A stretch of 64,000 nt of DNA, from positions 5,024,001 to 5,088,000 of the forward strand of contig CBDCOX010000002.1 of the NCBI GenBank assembly GCA_965219995.1, read 5' to 3'. Below the pieces are notes generated by a model. That model was given only the letters and a program-made list of their open reading frames with translations. It was not told where the DNA came from and ran no database searches. This DNA comes from Candidatus Latescibacterota bacterium (GTDB lineage Bacteria; Latescibacterota; UBA2968; GCA-2709665). Numbering within the stretch: position 1 is the stretch's first letter; the number at the start of each line of letters is the position of its first letter. The translations under genes and the position numbers were made by a program. Positions 32,076 through 42,447 of the stretch are shown here, piece by piece.

Positions 32076-33356
32076 ATGAAAGTCTTGATTGTGGGAAAGG
32101 GAGGCCGCGAGCACGCGTTCGCCTGGAAGATTTCCCGGAGTCCGAAGGTAAGCGGCATCTATGCAGCCCCGGGCAACCCCGGTATGGCGAGACATGCCAC
32201 CTGCGTGGATATCGGCGTCGACGATCTGGACGGTCTGGTGGGATTTGCACAGCGGGAGCGTATCGACCTGACGGTGGTGGGTCCGGAGGACCCGCTTGCG
32301 GACGGGCTTGCAGACCGGTTCGAAGCGGTCGGGCTCCGGGTGTTCGGTCCCTCGCGACAGGCGGCGCAGATTGAGGCCGATAAGGATTTCGCGCTCCGCC
32401 TGATGCACAGATACGACATTCCAACCGGTCAATATCGGACGTTTACGGACCCGGACGCCGCGCGCGGGTTCGTCCGGGACTGGGGGGCGCCGGTCGTGTT
32501 GAAAGCCTCGGGTCTGGCCGCGGGAAAGGGCGCGCTCGTGTGCCGCTCGGTCGACGAGGCGCTACACGCCGTAAACAGAGTGCTGGTGGACCGGGAGTTC
32601 GGCGCCGCGGGTGACAGGCTGGTCGTCATGGAATACCTGGAGGGCGAGGAAGCCTCGATTACGGGGTTTACCGACGGGGAACACGTGGTGTGCATCGTAC
32701 CGTCGCAGGACCACAAGACCATCGGCGAGGGCGATACGGGCCCCAATACGGGCGGGATGGGCGCGTACGCGCCGGCCCCGGTGGTGACGCGGGAGATGCA
32801 GCAATCCATTCTCGAACGCGTGATGATTCCCACCGTGAAGGCGCTGGCCGCGGAAGGGCGGCCCTACAAGGGGATCCTCTATGGCGGCCTGATCATTACC
32901 GAGCGCGGCCCCCGGGTCATTGAATTCAACTGCCGCCTGGGCGACCCCGAGGCGCAGGTCGTGCTGCCGCTGCTCAAGACCGATCTTGTCGACATTATGG
33001 TGGCGGTGTGCGACGGCACGCTCAAAGACCTGGAGATTGAACTGGACAGCCGGGCCGCGACCTGCGTCGTTCTGGCCTCCGGAGGGTATCCCGGCGAAGT
33101 TGAAACGGGAGTTGCCATTTCGGGCATGGACGAGGCGGAGGCGCTGGACGACGTGATGGTGTTCCACGCGGGCACCGCGCGGAATGAAGGCGCAACGGTG
33201 ACCGGCGGCGGCCGGGTTCTGGGCGTTACGGCCATCGGCGAGGACATTCGGGCTTCGATCCATCGCGCTTATGAGGCAGTCGGGAAGATACAGTTCGATC
33301 ACGCAACCTACCGGAGGGACATCGGACACCGTGCACTGGCGCGACAGGAGGTGTGA
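32076..33356 (+). CDS. purD: phosphoribosylamine-glycine ligase
   Basis: GGREHA, APGNPG, GLAAGKG, GPNTGGMGAY, EFNCRLGDPE. Confidence 0.98.
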   Translation: MKVLIVGKGGREHAFAWKISRSPKVSGIYAAPGNPGMARHATCVDIGVDDLDGLVGFAQRERIDLTVVGPEDPLADGLADRFEAVGLRVFGPSRQAAQIEADKDFALRLMHRYDIPTGQYRTFTDPDAARGFVRDWGAPVVLKASGLAAGKGALVCRSVDEALHAVNRVLVDREFGAAGDRLVVMEYLEGEEASITGFTDGEHVVCIVPSQDHKTIGEGDTGPNTGGMGAYAPAPVVTREMQQSILERVMIPTVKALAAEGRPYKGILYGGLIITERGPRVIEFNCRLGDPEAQVVLPLLKTDLVDIMVAVCDGTLKDLEIELDSRAATCVVLASGGYPGEVETGVAISGMDEAEALDDVMVFHAGTARNEGATVTGGGRVLGVTAIGEDIRASIHRAYEAVGKIQFDHATYRRDIGHRALARQEV

Positions 33357-33391
33357 TGTCTCCGGTCCGATGTTTCGGCGGGTGACGGAAG

Positions 33392-34600
33392 ATGGATACG
33401 GGCGCTGACGAACAGAACAGGAGGGTTCGGACGGCGGTGTTGGAAGCCGTTCTGGACCAGGGATCGTTTCTGCGGCTTACGATGAGCGGGAACGTCCGCG
33501 GTCAGCCGGCGCCATGGGTCAAGGTCGTGGCGAGGCCGGTGGCGGCGAAGCGCCAGCGGGGAATTCAGGTTTCGTATTTCGGCGAAAGGAAGAGCCTGCA
33601 GAAGAATTTTACGGAGGAAAACGTCGGCCCCGCGATCGAGGCATTGCTGGATCTTCCCTTCGGCAGGGTCCACGTGCAGTGCACGTCGATGGACCTGCAC
33701 GTCCGCCGCACGAAGAAAAATCGCGTGCTGATAAAGCACGGCAGACCGTCGCTTCCGGACGAAACGCCAGATTTCGAACACAATCGAAAAAAGCGGCGCG
33801 TCCTCGAAGAAGACGGGGCCGGCGAACTGTTGCGGGCGATCGGGATTGCGGACAAACGCGGCGGCGTGCGGCCTTCGATGCAGGGCAAGTTCAGGCAGGT
33901 CAACGAGTTCCTCAGACATCTTCAACAGATGATCGGATCGACCCGGCCGCCCATGCGACGGATTCACATGGTGGATTGCGGCTGCGGCCGGGCCTATCTG
34001 ACGTTTGCCGCGTACGACTTTCTGTCCCGGAAAAAGGTCGTATCTCTGACAGGGGTCGATCATGACCCCGAAATTGTGGAGACCTGCCGCGCGCTCAGGG
34101 ACGAACTGCAACTGGATGGCGTGGATTTCCGGATCTGCGAAATCTCCGAGTACGATCCGGAAACGGCGCCGGATGTCGTCTTGAGCCTGCACGCGTGCGA
34201 TACGGCCACGGACGAGGCGATCGCGCTGGGCGTCCGGTGCGAAAGCCGGATCATCCTGGCGGCGCCCTGTTGCCAGCATGAACTCCGCTCGCAGCTGGAT
34301 GCGCCCGTTTTCGGCCCGGTGCTCCGCCACGGCCTCCTCAAGCAGCGCACCGCGGACATTCTGACGGATGCGTTCCGGGCGCAGGCGTTGCGGATCATGG
34401 GATACCGGACGGACGTCGTGGAGTTTGTGGATCCGGATCACACCGCGAAAAACCTCATGATTCGCGCGGTGAAGACGTCGCCCCCCGGCAACGCGGAGGC
34501 TGTGGATTCCTATCGGAAACTGAAAGCATTCTGGAACGTCTCGCCGAGCATCGAACGGCTGCTCGGCAGGCCGTTCACGCACATGATGGAGGCTGTCTGA
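33392..34600 (+). CDS. class I SAM-dependent methyltransferase
   Basis: [40 protein letters not shown]. Confidence 0.85.
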   Translation: MDTGADEQNRRVRTAVLEAVLDQGSFLRLTMSGNVRGQPAPWVKVVARPVAAKRQRGIQVSYFGERKSLQKNFTEENVGPAIEALLDLPFGRVHVQCTSMDLHVRRTKKNRVLIKHGRPSLPDETPDFEHNRKKRRVLEEDGAGELLRAIGIADKRGGVRPSMQGKFRQVNEFLRHLQQMIGSTRPPMRRIHMVDCGCGRAYLTFAAYDFLSRKKVVSLTGVDHDPEIVETCRALRDELQLDGVDFRICEISEYDPETAPDVVLSLHACDTATDEAIALGVRCESRIILAAPCCQHELRSQLDAPVFGPVLRHGLLKQRTADILTDAFRAQALRIMGYRTDVVEFVDPDHTAKNLMIRAVKTSPPGNAEAVDSYRKLKAFWNVSPSIERLLGRPFTHMMEAV

Positions 34601-34661
34601 AGCGCCGGCGCCGAGGGACCGGCAACGAGTCGTTCAAACGTCACAGAGGAGGAAGAGGATC

Positions 34662-35108
34662 GTGGTAGGCATAATTATGGGCAGCAAGTCCGACGAACCA
34701 ACGATGCGGAAGGCAATACCCATGCTGGAAGAATTCGGAATTCCGTACGAGATGACGGTGTCGTCCGCGCATCGGAACCCCGAACGGACGGGCGAGTATG
34801 CGCGCACGGCCGAGGCGCGCGGTCTCAAAGTCATTATCGCCGGAGCGGGCCTCGCCGCGGCGCTGCCCGGCGTGATGGCGGCGCATTCCACGTTGCCCGT
34901 GATCGGAGTGCCGGTCGCCTCCGGGGCGCTGAACGGGGTCGATTCGCTGTATGCGATCGTACAGATGCCGCCCGGAGTGCCCGTGGCCTGCGTGGGGATC
35001 GACAACGCGAGAAACGCCGCCGTGCTCGCCGCGCAGATCATCGCGCAGACGGACGCGGGCGTCAAGGAGAAGCTGGAGGCCTACAAGAAGGCCCTCGCGG
35101 AGGGGTAG
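34662..35108 (+). CDS. purE: PurE (N5-CAIR mutase / AIR carboxylase)
   Basis: [27 protein letters not shown]. Confidence 0.96.
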   Translation: MVGIIMGSKSDEPTMRKAIPMLEEFGIPYEMTVSSAHRNPERTGEYARTAEARGLKVIIAGAGLAAALPGVMAAHSTLPVIGVPVASGALNGVDSLYAIVQMPPGVPVACVGIDNARNAAVLAAQIIAQTDAGVKEKLEAYKKALAEG

Positions 35109-35193
35109 GTTCGGAAATCGGCTGGATGGAGATTCAGGGCGCATGCCGTGAGGAATGCGCCCTTTCTCTATGGTAGCGATCGGGTGACTGGCG

Positions 35194-36321
35194 TCAGGAT
35201 GGCGGCGTGAGGCGGGAGGCGGCGGTCATTTCCCGCACCACCGACCGGGCATCGCCGGTCCTGTTCAGGATCTCCACCTGCCGCTGGGCCCAGGTCGGCC
35301 TGGCCGCCAGGTCCAGATTTCTCTCCAGGTATGAAGCGCAATCCAGGGCATCGGCGGTCGACTTCAGCTGATCCACAAGGCGCCGGACCATTTCGCGCGC
35401 CGGCTGCAACTGGTAGGTATCGGAGTCAACCAGTTGGGCATCGAGTCCGTAACGGGCGGCGCGCCACTTGTTCTGCCGGATGAGCATCGGGTGGCAGTCG
35501 TGCTGATAGGCGCCGTGGTCGATGTGGTCGGAGAGGTATTTTACAAGGGACTGGATCAGGGCGACCAGGCCCAGGGTATCGTGGAAGTTGCCTGGAATGT
35601 CGCAGATGCGGATTTCGACCGTACCGAATTTGTTGTGGGGTCGAACGTCCCACCAGATTTCCCGGATGGTCTCGATATAGCCGGTTTCCACGAGGTGGTT
35701 CACCAGCCAGACGTATTCACTCCAGTTGCGCATCAGCGGCGGCAGCCCGGCGGTGGGCAGGCCGTCCATGATCTTGGACCGCCAGGAGCAGACCCCGGTA
35801 TTCCGGCCCTCCCAGAAGGGGCTGTTGCAGCTCGACGCCAGCAGGAGCGGCATGTAACGCAGGATGAATTCGCAGATCATGACCGCCTTGTCGCCGCTGT
35901 CCACGCCCACGTGCACGTGCAGGCCGAACGTGACCAGCTGGCGCGCCGTGTCCTGCAGCAGATCCACCAGGCCGGCGTATCGCTTGTTGGGCGTGATCTC
36001 CTGATCGCGCCACGTCGAGAACGGATGGGTTGCGGACCAGAAGAGTCTCACGTTCTCTCGATCGGCAACTGCCTCGAGGGCGCACAGCTTCTCTCTGAGA
36101 TCCGCTTCGACCTCCTTGAGGTTCATGCAGACGTCGGAGTTGATTTCCACGTAACACTGCATCAACTCCGGCTTGATCGTTCCCTCGAGTTGCGGTGGGA
36201 CCCGCGCGATGAGCCCCTGGCTGGCGCTTCGCAGGGCCATCGTGCGACAGTCAACGAGCGCAAGCTCGATCTCCACGCCGACCGTGGGTTGCAGGCTGGG
36301 GTTGAACTCCATTCGGCTCAT
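35194..36321 (-). CDS. YbdK-family carboxylate-amine ligase (glutamate-cysteine ligase type 2)
   Basis: TVGVEIE, FGLHVHVG, WWDVRP, GTVEIRICD, NKWRAARYG; ATGA overlap with upstream gene. Confidence 0.92.
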   Translation of the reverse strand: MSRMEFNPSLQPTVGVEIELALVDCRTMALRSASQGLIARVPPQLEGTIKPELMQCYVEINSDVCMNLKEVEADLREKLCALEAVADRENVRLFWSATHPFSTWRDQEITPNKRYAGLVDLLQDTARQLVTFGLHVHVGVDSGDKAVMICEFILRYMPLLLASSCNSPFWEGRNTGVCSWRSKIMDGLPTAGLPPLMRNWSEYVWLVNHLVETGYIETIREIWWDVRPHNKFGTVEIRICDIPGNFHDTLGLVALIQSLVKYLSDHIDHGAYQHDCHPMLIRQNKWRAARYGLDAQLVDSDTYQLQPAREMVRRLVDQLKSTADALDCASYLERNLDLAARPTWAQRQVEILNRTGDARSVVREMTAASRLTPPS

Positions 36322-37556
36322 TGATCTGCCTCTTTGTCGTGAGTTTTCGGTTCCGACCAGTACACGATCGCGCGCGCCAGAATCTTCGCGCCGATGCCCA
36401 GCGCGCGTTCGTCGATGTCGAAATCCGGTGAATGCAGGCCCGTCACCGGCGTTCCGGGAGCCGAGCATCCGAGGCGAAACAGGCTGCCTGGAACGTGGTT
36501 GAGATAGTGGGCGAAATCATCGCCTCCCATACTGGGCTGTGCGATATACTGGACCCGATCGGGTCCGAGCAGATCGACCGCGCAGTCCCGGATCAGATCG
36601 GTCAGGTCCGGATCGTTCAGGACCGATGGAGGCCCCGATCTGAACGTGATGTCGATTTCCGTGCCGGACGTCCGCGACACCCCCTCCCCGACCTCCCGCA
36701 CCCGTTCCAGGGCCCGGCGGCGCGCATCTGTATCGAGGCTGCGTACGGTGCCCCTGAGCACCGCGCGATCGGGAATCGCATTGTAACGGCTTCCGGCTGT
36801 CACGGAACCGACCGTAAGGACCACGGTATGGCGCGGATCGAGCGACCTCGGCACCGCCACGTAAAACGCATTGATCAACTGGGCTGCCGCGGCAATGGGA
36901 TCCCTGGACTCATAGGGTCGTGCGGCGTGGCCGCCGCTGCCCCGGACGAGCACGTGCATCTCATCGCAATGCGCGGTCAGGACCCCCGATCGATGCCCGA
37001 TGGTTCCGGCGGGGCGCGACGGGTCCACGTGGAGCGCCAGCATCGCGTTGACGCCGTGGAGCGCACCGGCTTCGATCATTTCCAGCGCGCCCTGGTTGGT
37101 CTCTTCGGCCGGCTGAAAGACGGCCCGCCACGAAGCGGGCCAGGGCAAACTTCCGGATTTTCCGGCGGCGTCGAGCGCCAGAGCGGCCCCCAGCACCGCT
37201 GCGGCATGGGCGTCGTGGCCGCAGGCGTGCATCGCCCCGCGCACGCTGCTGCGATAGTCGACGGCTTTGGCGTCCTGGATGGGCAGTGCGTCCAGGTCGG
37301 CCCTCATGGCGATTCTCGGCCCGGACCCGTTCCCGGCAGACTCGGCGATCACCCCGCGTCCCGCGGGGCCCGTGCGGGCGTGGAAGCCGTCGGACGCCAA
37401 CTGCTCTTCCAGATACCGGGTGGTCTCCGTTTCCTCGCCGCTTACCTCGGGATGGGTATGAAGATGCCTCCTGGTCTGCACCATGCGGTCGTGCAACGCA
37501 TCGACGGTACGGTCGAGTTGTGTGATCCAGGACGCCTGATTTGTTGTCGTATTCAT
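36318..37556 (-). CDS. M20D-family amidohydrolase
   Basis: HPEVSGEE, RADLDAL, MHACGHD, FQPAEE, GGHAARP, LHSP. Confidence 0.92.
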   Translation of the reverse strand: MNTTTNQASWITQLDRTVDALHDRMVQTRRHLHTHPEVSGEETETTRYLEEQLASDGFHARTGPAGRGVIAESAGNGSGPRIAMRADLDALPIQDAKAVDYRSSVRGAMHACGHDAHAAAVLGAALALDAAGKSGSLPWPASWRAVFQPAEETNQGALEMIEAGALHGVNAMLALHVDPSRPAGTIGHRSGVLTAHCDEMHVLVRGSGGHAARPYESRDPIAAAAQLINAFYVAVPRSLDPRHTVVLTVGSVTAGSRYNAIPDRAVLRGTVRSLDTDARRRALERVREVGEGVSRTSGTEIDITFRSGPPSVLNDPDLTDLIRDCAVDLLGPDRVQYIAQPSMGGDDFAHYLNHVPGSLFRLGCSAPGTPVTGLHSPDFDIDERALGIGAKILARAIVYWSEPKTHDKEADQ

Positions 37557-37644
37557 AAGGAAAGCAGGACCGTTATGCCTGCATCGGCGGCGGTATCGTA
37601 AGGAATCCCAGGTCGGCACAAAAAAGCCGGATTGAACAAATGAC

Positions 37645-37673
37645 GACGGGACAGGCTTTGCGCCTGCCCCGTT
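37645..37673. terminator. hairpin ending the dap-pck-transaldolase unit
   Basis: ACGGGACAGGC/GCCTGCCCCGT stem downstream of the 37730 stop. Confidence 0.5.
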
Positions 37674-37729
37674 TTCAATAATCCCCGGATTCCGGGAGGT
37701 GGCGGTACCGGCGCGCCAATATCAGAATG

Positions 37730-39670
37730 CTAACCCGCGACCTCTCTGGCGATGGCGACGCATTTGGCGGCGAAGGTGTCGTAGGCGGCCCGGAACTCGG
37801 CGCTGGTTTTCTGCACCGAACCGAATTCAGGCCAGTCGTCGGGTTCCAGGCCTTTGATCTGCCAGCCGGTGACGTCGATGCCGACGACGTTCTGCAGGAA
37901 GTCCTTGAGGGACGGCGTCAGGTCGTACCCGCGGCAGAAATCGGGAAGTTCGCGCAGGCGCTGGTCCACGCCGGGTTCGTAGGAATCCAGCACCGCGTCA
38001 CGAAAGTCCTCGAGGCGGAAGCCGTCGGCTTCGGATGCCTCCTGGACAGCGCGCGCGTGGTTCGGAAATTCGGTGTTGCACATGTTGGACGCGCCCAATG
38101 TGTGGAAGGAGTCTTCGGGAATGCGTTTGGAAGCAGGAAGGACGTCCATGGAATCCACGATCCACTTTGCCTGGTCGTCCGTGACGCCGTAGGTCTTGCA
38201 AAGGTGTGCGACCCATTTCGGCCGGTTTTCCGGGCTGAAGAAAACCCAGTAGACGCGGCGGGCCACGAGGGTGCCCGCTTTTTTCAGATCTTCTTCCAGC
38301 AGCAGGATCGCGTCCGCGGACTGTCCGGCGGCTTCGGCGGCCTCCAGGACGATGGGGTGATCGAGGGTCTTGAGGTTCGCGTACGCGCAGACTGCCCGGG
38401 CTCTGTCGGCCAGAGATCCATCGTCTTCTTGCCCGACGTCCAGGTCGGCGGCCAGGGCATCCAGGAGGTCGGTCGCCCTGCCGTCACCCGCCCGCGCCGC
38501 CGCCGCGAGGAAGATCTTCTCGGCTTCGACTTCCCGCAGGTGACTCACGAACCTGCCGCCCATATTGGTTTCGTACGTGCGCACGACCTGGCCGTCCCCC
38601 TTTGCGGCGCGCGCCTTGCCCTCGAACGCATCCAGGATCAGCTGGACTTCCTGGGCCACGGTGTAGACCACGGTATTGTTGGAACCGACGGAATTGCCGT
38701 TGAGTGTCGTTGTTATTTTTCGGGCGGCCTCGTGGCTGGCGGCGACCTTGAAGACGATGTTCGGATTCACCCGGCCGGAGCCCTCGCCCAGGCCCAGCAG
38801 GCGGTCGTATCCTTCGAGGAAGTCGGCGGCCAGCCCGTACGCGTTTCGCGCGTCCTCGATACTCGCGTCGGCCTGATCCGCGATGTTGGGATTGAGCTGG
38901 AAGCTGACCATATAGTCCTTGAGGTCCGTATGCACCGCGAGCGGCCTGAAGATGGACAGGTTGGGCCAGAGGGCGATGAGGGTGGCCGCCATGGCGATTT
39001 CGTCGGCGTGGGCCTCGGGGTCCTGCTTCCAGTTGTCGTGCCTCGCGATTTCACATTTGAGTTGTTCGGCAAGGGAACCGTCTTCATCGAATGCCTTTGC
39101 CGCCAGTACAGGGTTGGTGGAGACCTGGCAAAATCCGTAGTGACGAAGATATTCCAGTCCTCGCGCGAAATCGTTGCCGAATTTGCAGAAGTCGTCGCCG
39201 ATCATTTCCCAGTAGACGCCACTGCGCATGTGGCGTTTGAGCAGCGTCAGAAAAGAACCGCCCGGACTTGCCGGCTTCAGGTCCGCTTCGATGCGTTCAG
39301 CGAGGAGGCCGGAGAGGCTGTCGCTCCCGTTGACGGACTTCATGTCGGCGAGGAATTCAGCCACGACGTCCGCCATGACGACCCCTTCGAGATCGTCGAC
39401 GGCGGAACAAACCTGCTTGAGCGCCTCGTCGGCCTCGTCCGCGCCGTACCCCACGATCTCGGCGTCGCGCCCCACAAAGTTCATGCCGAGCCGGATCAGG
39501 GTTCGGCACACCCCGGCGGCCGGGCAATCGTTATTCTGAATCGCCGACAGGAGTTCGTCCACGCGGGTGTTCAGCGTGCCGGGCTGCGGATCGATGAGAA
39601 TCCGGTCGGCGGCGGCGAGTGTCTGCCCGTTTCCGATGGCTTCCGCCACAGCTGAAACGTCGATTGCCAT
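37730..39670 (-). CDS. large transaldolase/class I aldolase-fold protein with N-terminal extension
   Basis: VSTNPVL, VSFQLNP, PNIVFKV (Schiff-base Lys), NNTVVYTVAQ, MGGR, ASKR; SD GGGAGG. Confidence 0.75.
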   Translation of the reverse strand: MAIDVSAVAEAIGNGQTLAAADRILIDPQPGTLNTRVDELLSAIQNNDCPAAGVCRTLIRLGMNFVGRDAEIVGYGADEADEALKQVCSAVDDLEGVVMADVVAEFLADMKSVNGSDSLSGLLAERIEADLKPASPGGSFLTLLKRHMRSGVYWEMIGDDFCKFGNDFARGLEYLRHYGFCQVSTNPVLAAKAFDEDGSLAEQLKCEIARHDNWKQDPEAHADEIAMAATLIALWPNLSIFRPLAVHTDLKDYMVSFQLNPNIADQADASIEDARNAYGLAADFLEGYDRLLGLGEGSGRVNPNIVFKVAASHEAARKITTTLNGNSVGSNNTVVYTVAQEVQLILDAFEGKARAAKGDGQVVRTYETNMGGRFVSHLREVEAEKIFLAAAARAGDGRATDLLDALAADLDVGQEDDGSLADRARAVCAYANLKTLDHPIVLEAAEAAGQSADAILLLEEDLKKAGTLVARRVYWVFFSPENRPKWVAHLCKTYGVTDDQAKWIVDSMDVLPASKRIPEDSFHTLGASNMCNTEFPNHARAVQEASEADGFRLEDFRDAVLDSYEPGVDQRLRELPDFCRGYDLTPSLKDFLQNVVGIDVTGWQIKGLEPDDWPEFGSVQKTSAEFRAAYDTFAAKCVAIAREVAG

Positions 39671-39784
39671 TCTGGGCCTCCCTTCACGTCACATAATGTT
39701 TCCGTTGCGTCCCATATCTCGCGTATTGCGCATCTGCGTTAACGCCGGGGAGCCGTCTGGTACCTGCTTGCTTCGGGAGAACCG

Positions 39785-40591
39785 TTACTCAATGCCCAGC
39801 ACGTCCCGCATGGTGAACATTCCCGGGGGCGCGTTCGCGACAAACCGGATGGCCTCGAGGACGCCCACGCCGTAGGAATCCCGGCTCTGCGCGCGGTGGA
39901 CCAGCTGGAAGATCTCGCCCGTGCCGCCGAAGATGACGGTATGTTCTCCGGCCAGGTCCCCGGCGCGGATGGCGTGGATGCCGATTTCGTCACCGGTGCG
40001 TGCGCCGACTTCCCCGTGGCGTCCATAGAGAGCCACGTCCTCCAGGTTCCGGCCCAGGCCCGCTGCCGCTGCCTTCGCCAGCGCGAGGGCGGTACCGCTG
40101 GGCGCATCCGTCTTGAAATGGTGATGCGCCTCGACGATTTCCACGTCGTACCCCCGGCCCATCATGCGCGCGGCGTCTTCGACGAGCTTCGTGAGTACGG
40201 TAACGCCGATGCTGAAGCTTGGCGCAAAGACACAGGCGACGTCCTTCAGGGCCATTTCGAATTCGGCAAGTTGCTCTGAGGACATGCCCGTGGTGCCCAC
40301 CACCATGGGCCTGCCCGCTTTCCCGGCGGTCCGTGCGGCGTCCAGCGTGCCGTCCGGTGGCGCGGTAAAGGCGACGACCACGTCGGCATTTTCGACGACG
40401 GAATCCAGGCTGTCGACAACGTGGTGACCGGTGCGCGCGGTACCCAGGATCTCCCCGATTTCTCGTCCGATGGCCGGGTTGCCCGGAGCCTCCACGCCGC
40501 CGACGATTTCGAGGTCGTCGGATTCCATGGCAAGATGGGCGATGCGTCCGCACATGCGTCCCGCGATGCCACAGATAACCAGGTTTGTCAT
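39785..40591 (-). CDS. dapB: 4-hydroxy-tetrahydrodipicolinate reductase
   Basis: GIAGRMC, VGTTG, EAHHHFKTDAPSGTA, RAGDLAGEH. Confidence 0.95.
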   Translation of the reverse strand: MTNLVICGIAGRMCGRIAHLAMESDDLEIVGGVEAPGNPAIGREIGEILGTARTGHHVVDSLDSVVENADVVVAFTAPPDGTLDAARTAGKAGRPMVVGTTGMSSEQLAEFEMALKDVACVFAPSFSIGVTVLTKLVEDAARMMGRGYDVEIVEAHHHFKTDAPSGTALALAKAAAAGLGRNLEDVALYGRHGEVGARTGDEIGIHAIRAGDLAGEHTVIFGGTGEIFQLVHRAQSRDSYGVGVLEAIRFVANAPPGMFTMRDVLGIE

Positions 40592-40629
40592 TTGGATTCT
40601 CCGGGTGGTTTGCCTGCGCTACCGGATTT

Positions 40630-42423
40630 CTATGTTCTCAGCCGTTCCTCGAGAGCATCGAGTTCCGTCTGAAGTTCCGACGGCAGTCGATTGCCGAATC
40701 CCGCGTAGAACTCGCGGATATCCGGAAGTTCGGCGCGCCAGTGGTCCGGGTTCACGGAGAGCAGTTCCTCGACGTCGGCATCAGGGATGTCCAGGCCGTC
40801 CAGATCCAGGGCTTCGGGCGTGGGCACGAAGCCGATCGGGGTCTCGACCGCGTCGGCGGTTCCGTCGATCCGCTCGCAGATCCACTTGAGTACCCGACTG
40901 TTCTCGCCGAATCCGGGCCACAGCCAGCCGCCCTCGGCGTCTTTGCGGAACCAGTTCACGTAGAAAATCCTGGGCGCGTTGTCGCCCAGCCTGGCGCCGA
41001 TTTTGAACCAGTGGCTGAAATAGTCGCCCATATTATAGCCGCAGAATGGAAGCATCGCAAAGGGATCTCTCCGCAGCTTGCCCACCGCGCCGGCAGCGGC
41101 GGCCGTGGTTTCGGACGCCATGATGGAGCCCAGAAAGACGCCGTGCCTCCAGTTCAACGCCTCGAATACGAGAGGGACGACCGTGGAGCGCCGTCCGCCG
41201 AAGATAAAGGCGGACATGGGGACCCCATCCGGATTCTCCCATTCCGGGTCGATAACGGGGCACTGCGCGGCGGGGGCGGTGTATCTCGCATTGGGATTCG
41301 ATGCCTTGTCGTCCGACGCCGGGGTCCAGGCACGGCCGAGCCAGTCTTCCAGTTGGGGCGGCGGGTCGTCCGTCATCTCTTCCCACCAGACGTCGCCTTC
41401 CGGAGTGAGCGCCGTGTTCGTGAAGAGGCTGTTCTGTTCAAGGGCGGCCATGGCGTGCCCGTTGGACTTCATGCTGGTACCCGGAGCGACGCCGAAGAAT
41501 CCGGCTTCGGGGTTGATCGCCCGCAGCCTGCCGTCTGGGTCCTGGCGCATCCACGCGATGTCGTCGCCGACACAGCTGGCCTTCCAGCCCGGGACCGTGG
41601 GCTGCAGCATGGCCAGGTTCGTCTTTCCGCACGCGGACGGAAAGGCCGCCCCGATGTAATGTTTCCTGTTCGCGGGCGACGTGAGGCCCAGGATGAGCAT
41701 GTGCTCGGCCATCCAGCCCTCGTCCCGCGCCATGGTTGAAGCAATGCGAAGGGCGAAACACTTTTTGCCAAGGAGCGCGTTTCCGCCGTAGCCCGAGCCA
41801 TAGGACCAGATGGACGGCTCGTCCGGAAAGTGGACGATATATTTCTGTTCCGCGTCGCACGGCCACGAAACGTCGGCCTGACCGGGCTCGAGCGGGGCCC
41901 CAACCGAATGCAAGCAAGGCAGGAAGTCGCCGTCGCCGAGCGCATCCAGCACCGCATCGCCCGTTCGGGTCATGATGAACATGCTGCAAACGACGTACGG
42001 CGAGTCAGAGATTTCGACGCCGATCTTGGAGGTGGGAGAACCGATAGGGCCCATGGAAAACGGGATGACGTACATCGTCCGTCCGCGCATGGAACCGGCG
42101 AACAGTCCATTCAGCGTGCGTTTCATCCCAACGGGCTCGCGCCAGTTGTTCGTGGGGCCCACGTCTTCTTCGTTCGGGGTGCAGATATACGTGCGGTCCT
42201 CCACTCGCGCGACGTCGCCGGCGTCCGAGCGGGCGAGAAAGCTGTTGGGCCGCCGGTCCGGATTCAGCCGGATAAAGGTTCCCGCACGGCACAGCACGTC
42301 GGCAAGCCGATCGTACTCTTCCCGGGATCCGTTGCACCAGCAGACGTCATCAGGTTCGCAGAGTTTCGCGGCTTCGTCGACCCAGTTCAGCAGTTTACGA
42401 TTCGTGGTACGTGCGTTTCTCAT
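40630..42423 (-). CDS. pckG: GTP-dependent phosphoenolpyruvate carboxykinase
   Basis: [49 protein letters not shown]. Confidence 0.97.
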   Translation of the reverse strand: MRNARTTNRKLLNWVDEAAKLCEPDDVCWCNGSREEYDRLADVLCRAGTFIRLNPDRRPNSFLARSDAGDVARVEDRTYICTPNEEDVGPTNNWREPVGMKRTLNGLFAGSMRGRTMYVIPFSMGPIGSPTSKIGVEISDSPYVVCSMFIMTRTGDAVLDALGDGDFLPCLHSVGAPLEPGQADVSWPCDAEQKYIVHFPDEPSIWSYGSGYGGNALLGKKCFALRIASTMARDEGWMAEHMLILGLTSPANRKHYIGAAFPSACGKTNLAMLQPTVPGWKASCVGDDIAWMRQDPDGRLRAINPEAGFFGVAPGTSMKSNGHAMAALEQNSLFTNTALTPEGDVWWEEMTDDPPPQLEDWLGRAWTPASDDKASNPNARYTAPAAQCPVIDPEWENPDGVPMSAFIFGGRRSTVVPLVFEALNWRHGVFLGSIMASETTAAAAGAVGKLRRDPFAMLPFCGYNMGDYFSHWFKIGARLGDNAPRIFYVNWFRKDAEGGWLWPGFGENSRVLKWICERIDGTADAVETPIGFVPTPEALDLDGLDIPDADVEELLSVNPDHWRAELPDIREFYAGFGNRLPSELQTELDALEERLRT

Positions 42424-42447
42424 TCTACTCCTTCCAGGCTTTACGGT

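Noticed and set aside
37727-39655. 642-aa plus-strand ORF
   Set aside because: Antisense shadow of the transaldolase-fold gene; no motifs; common in high-GC DNA
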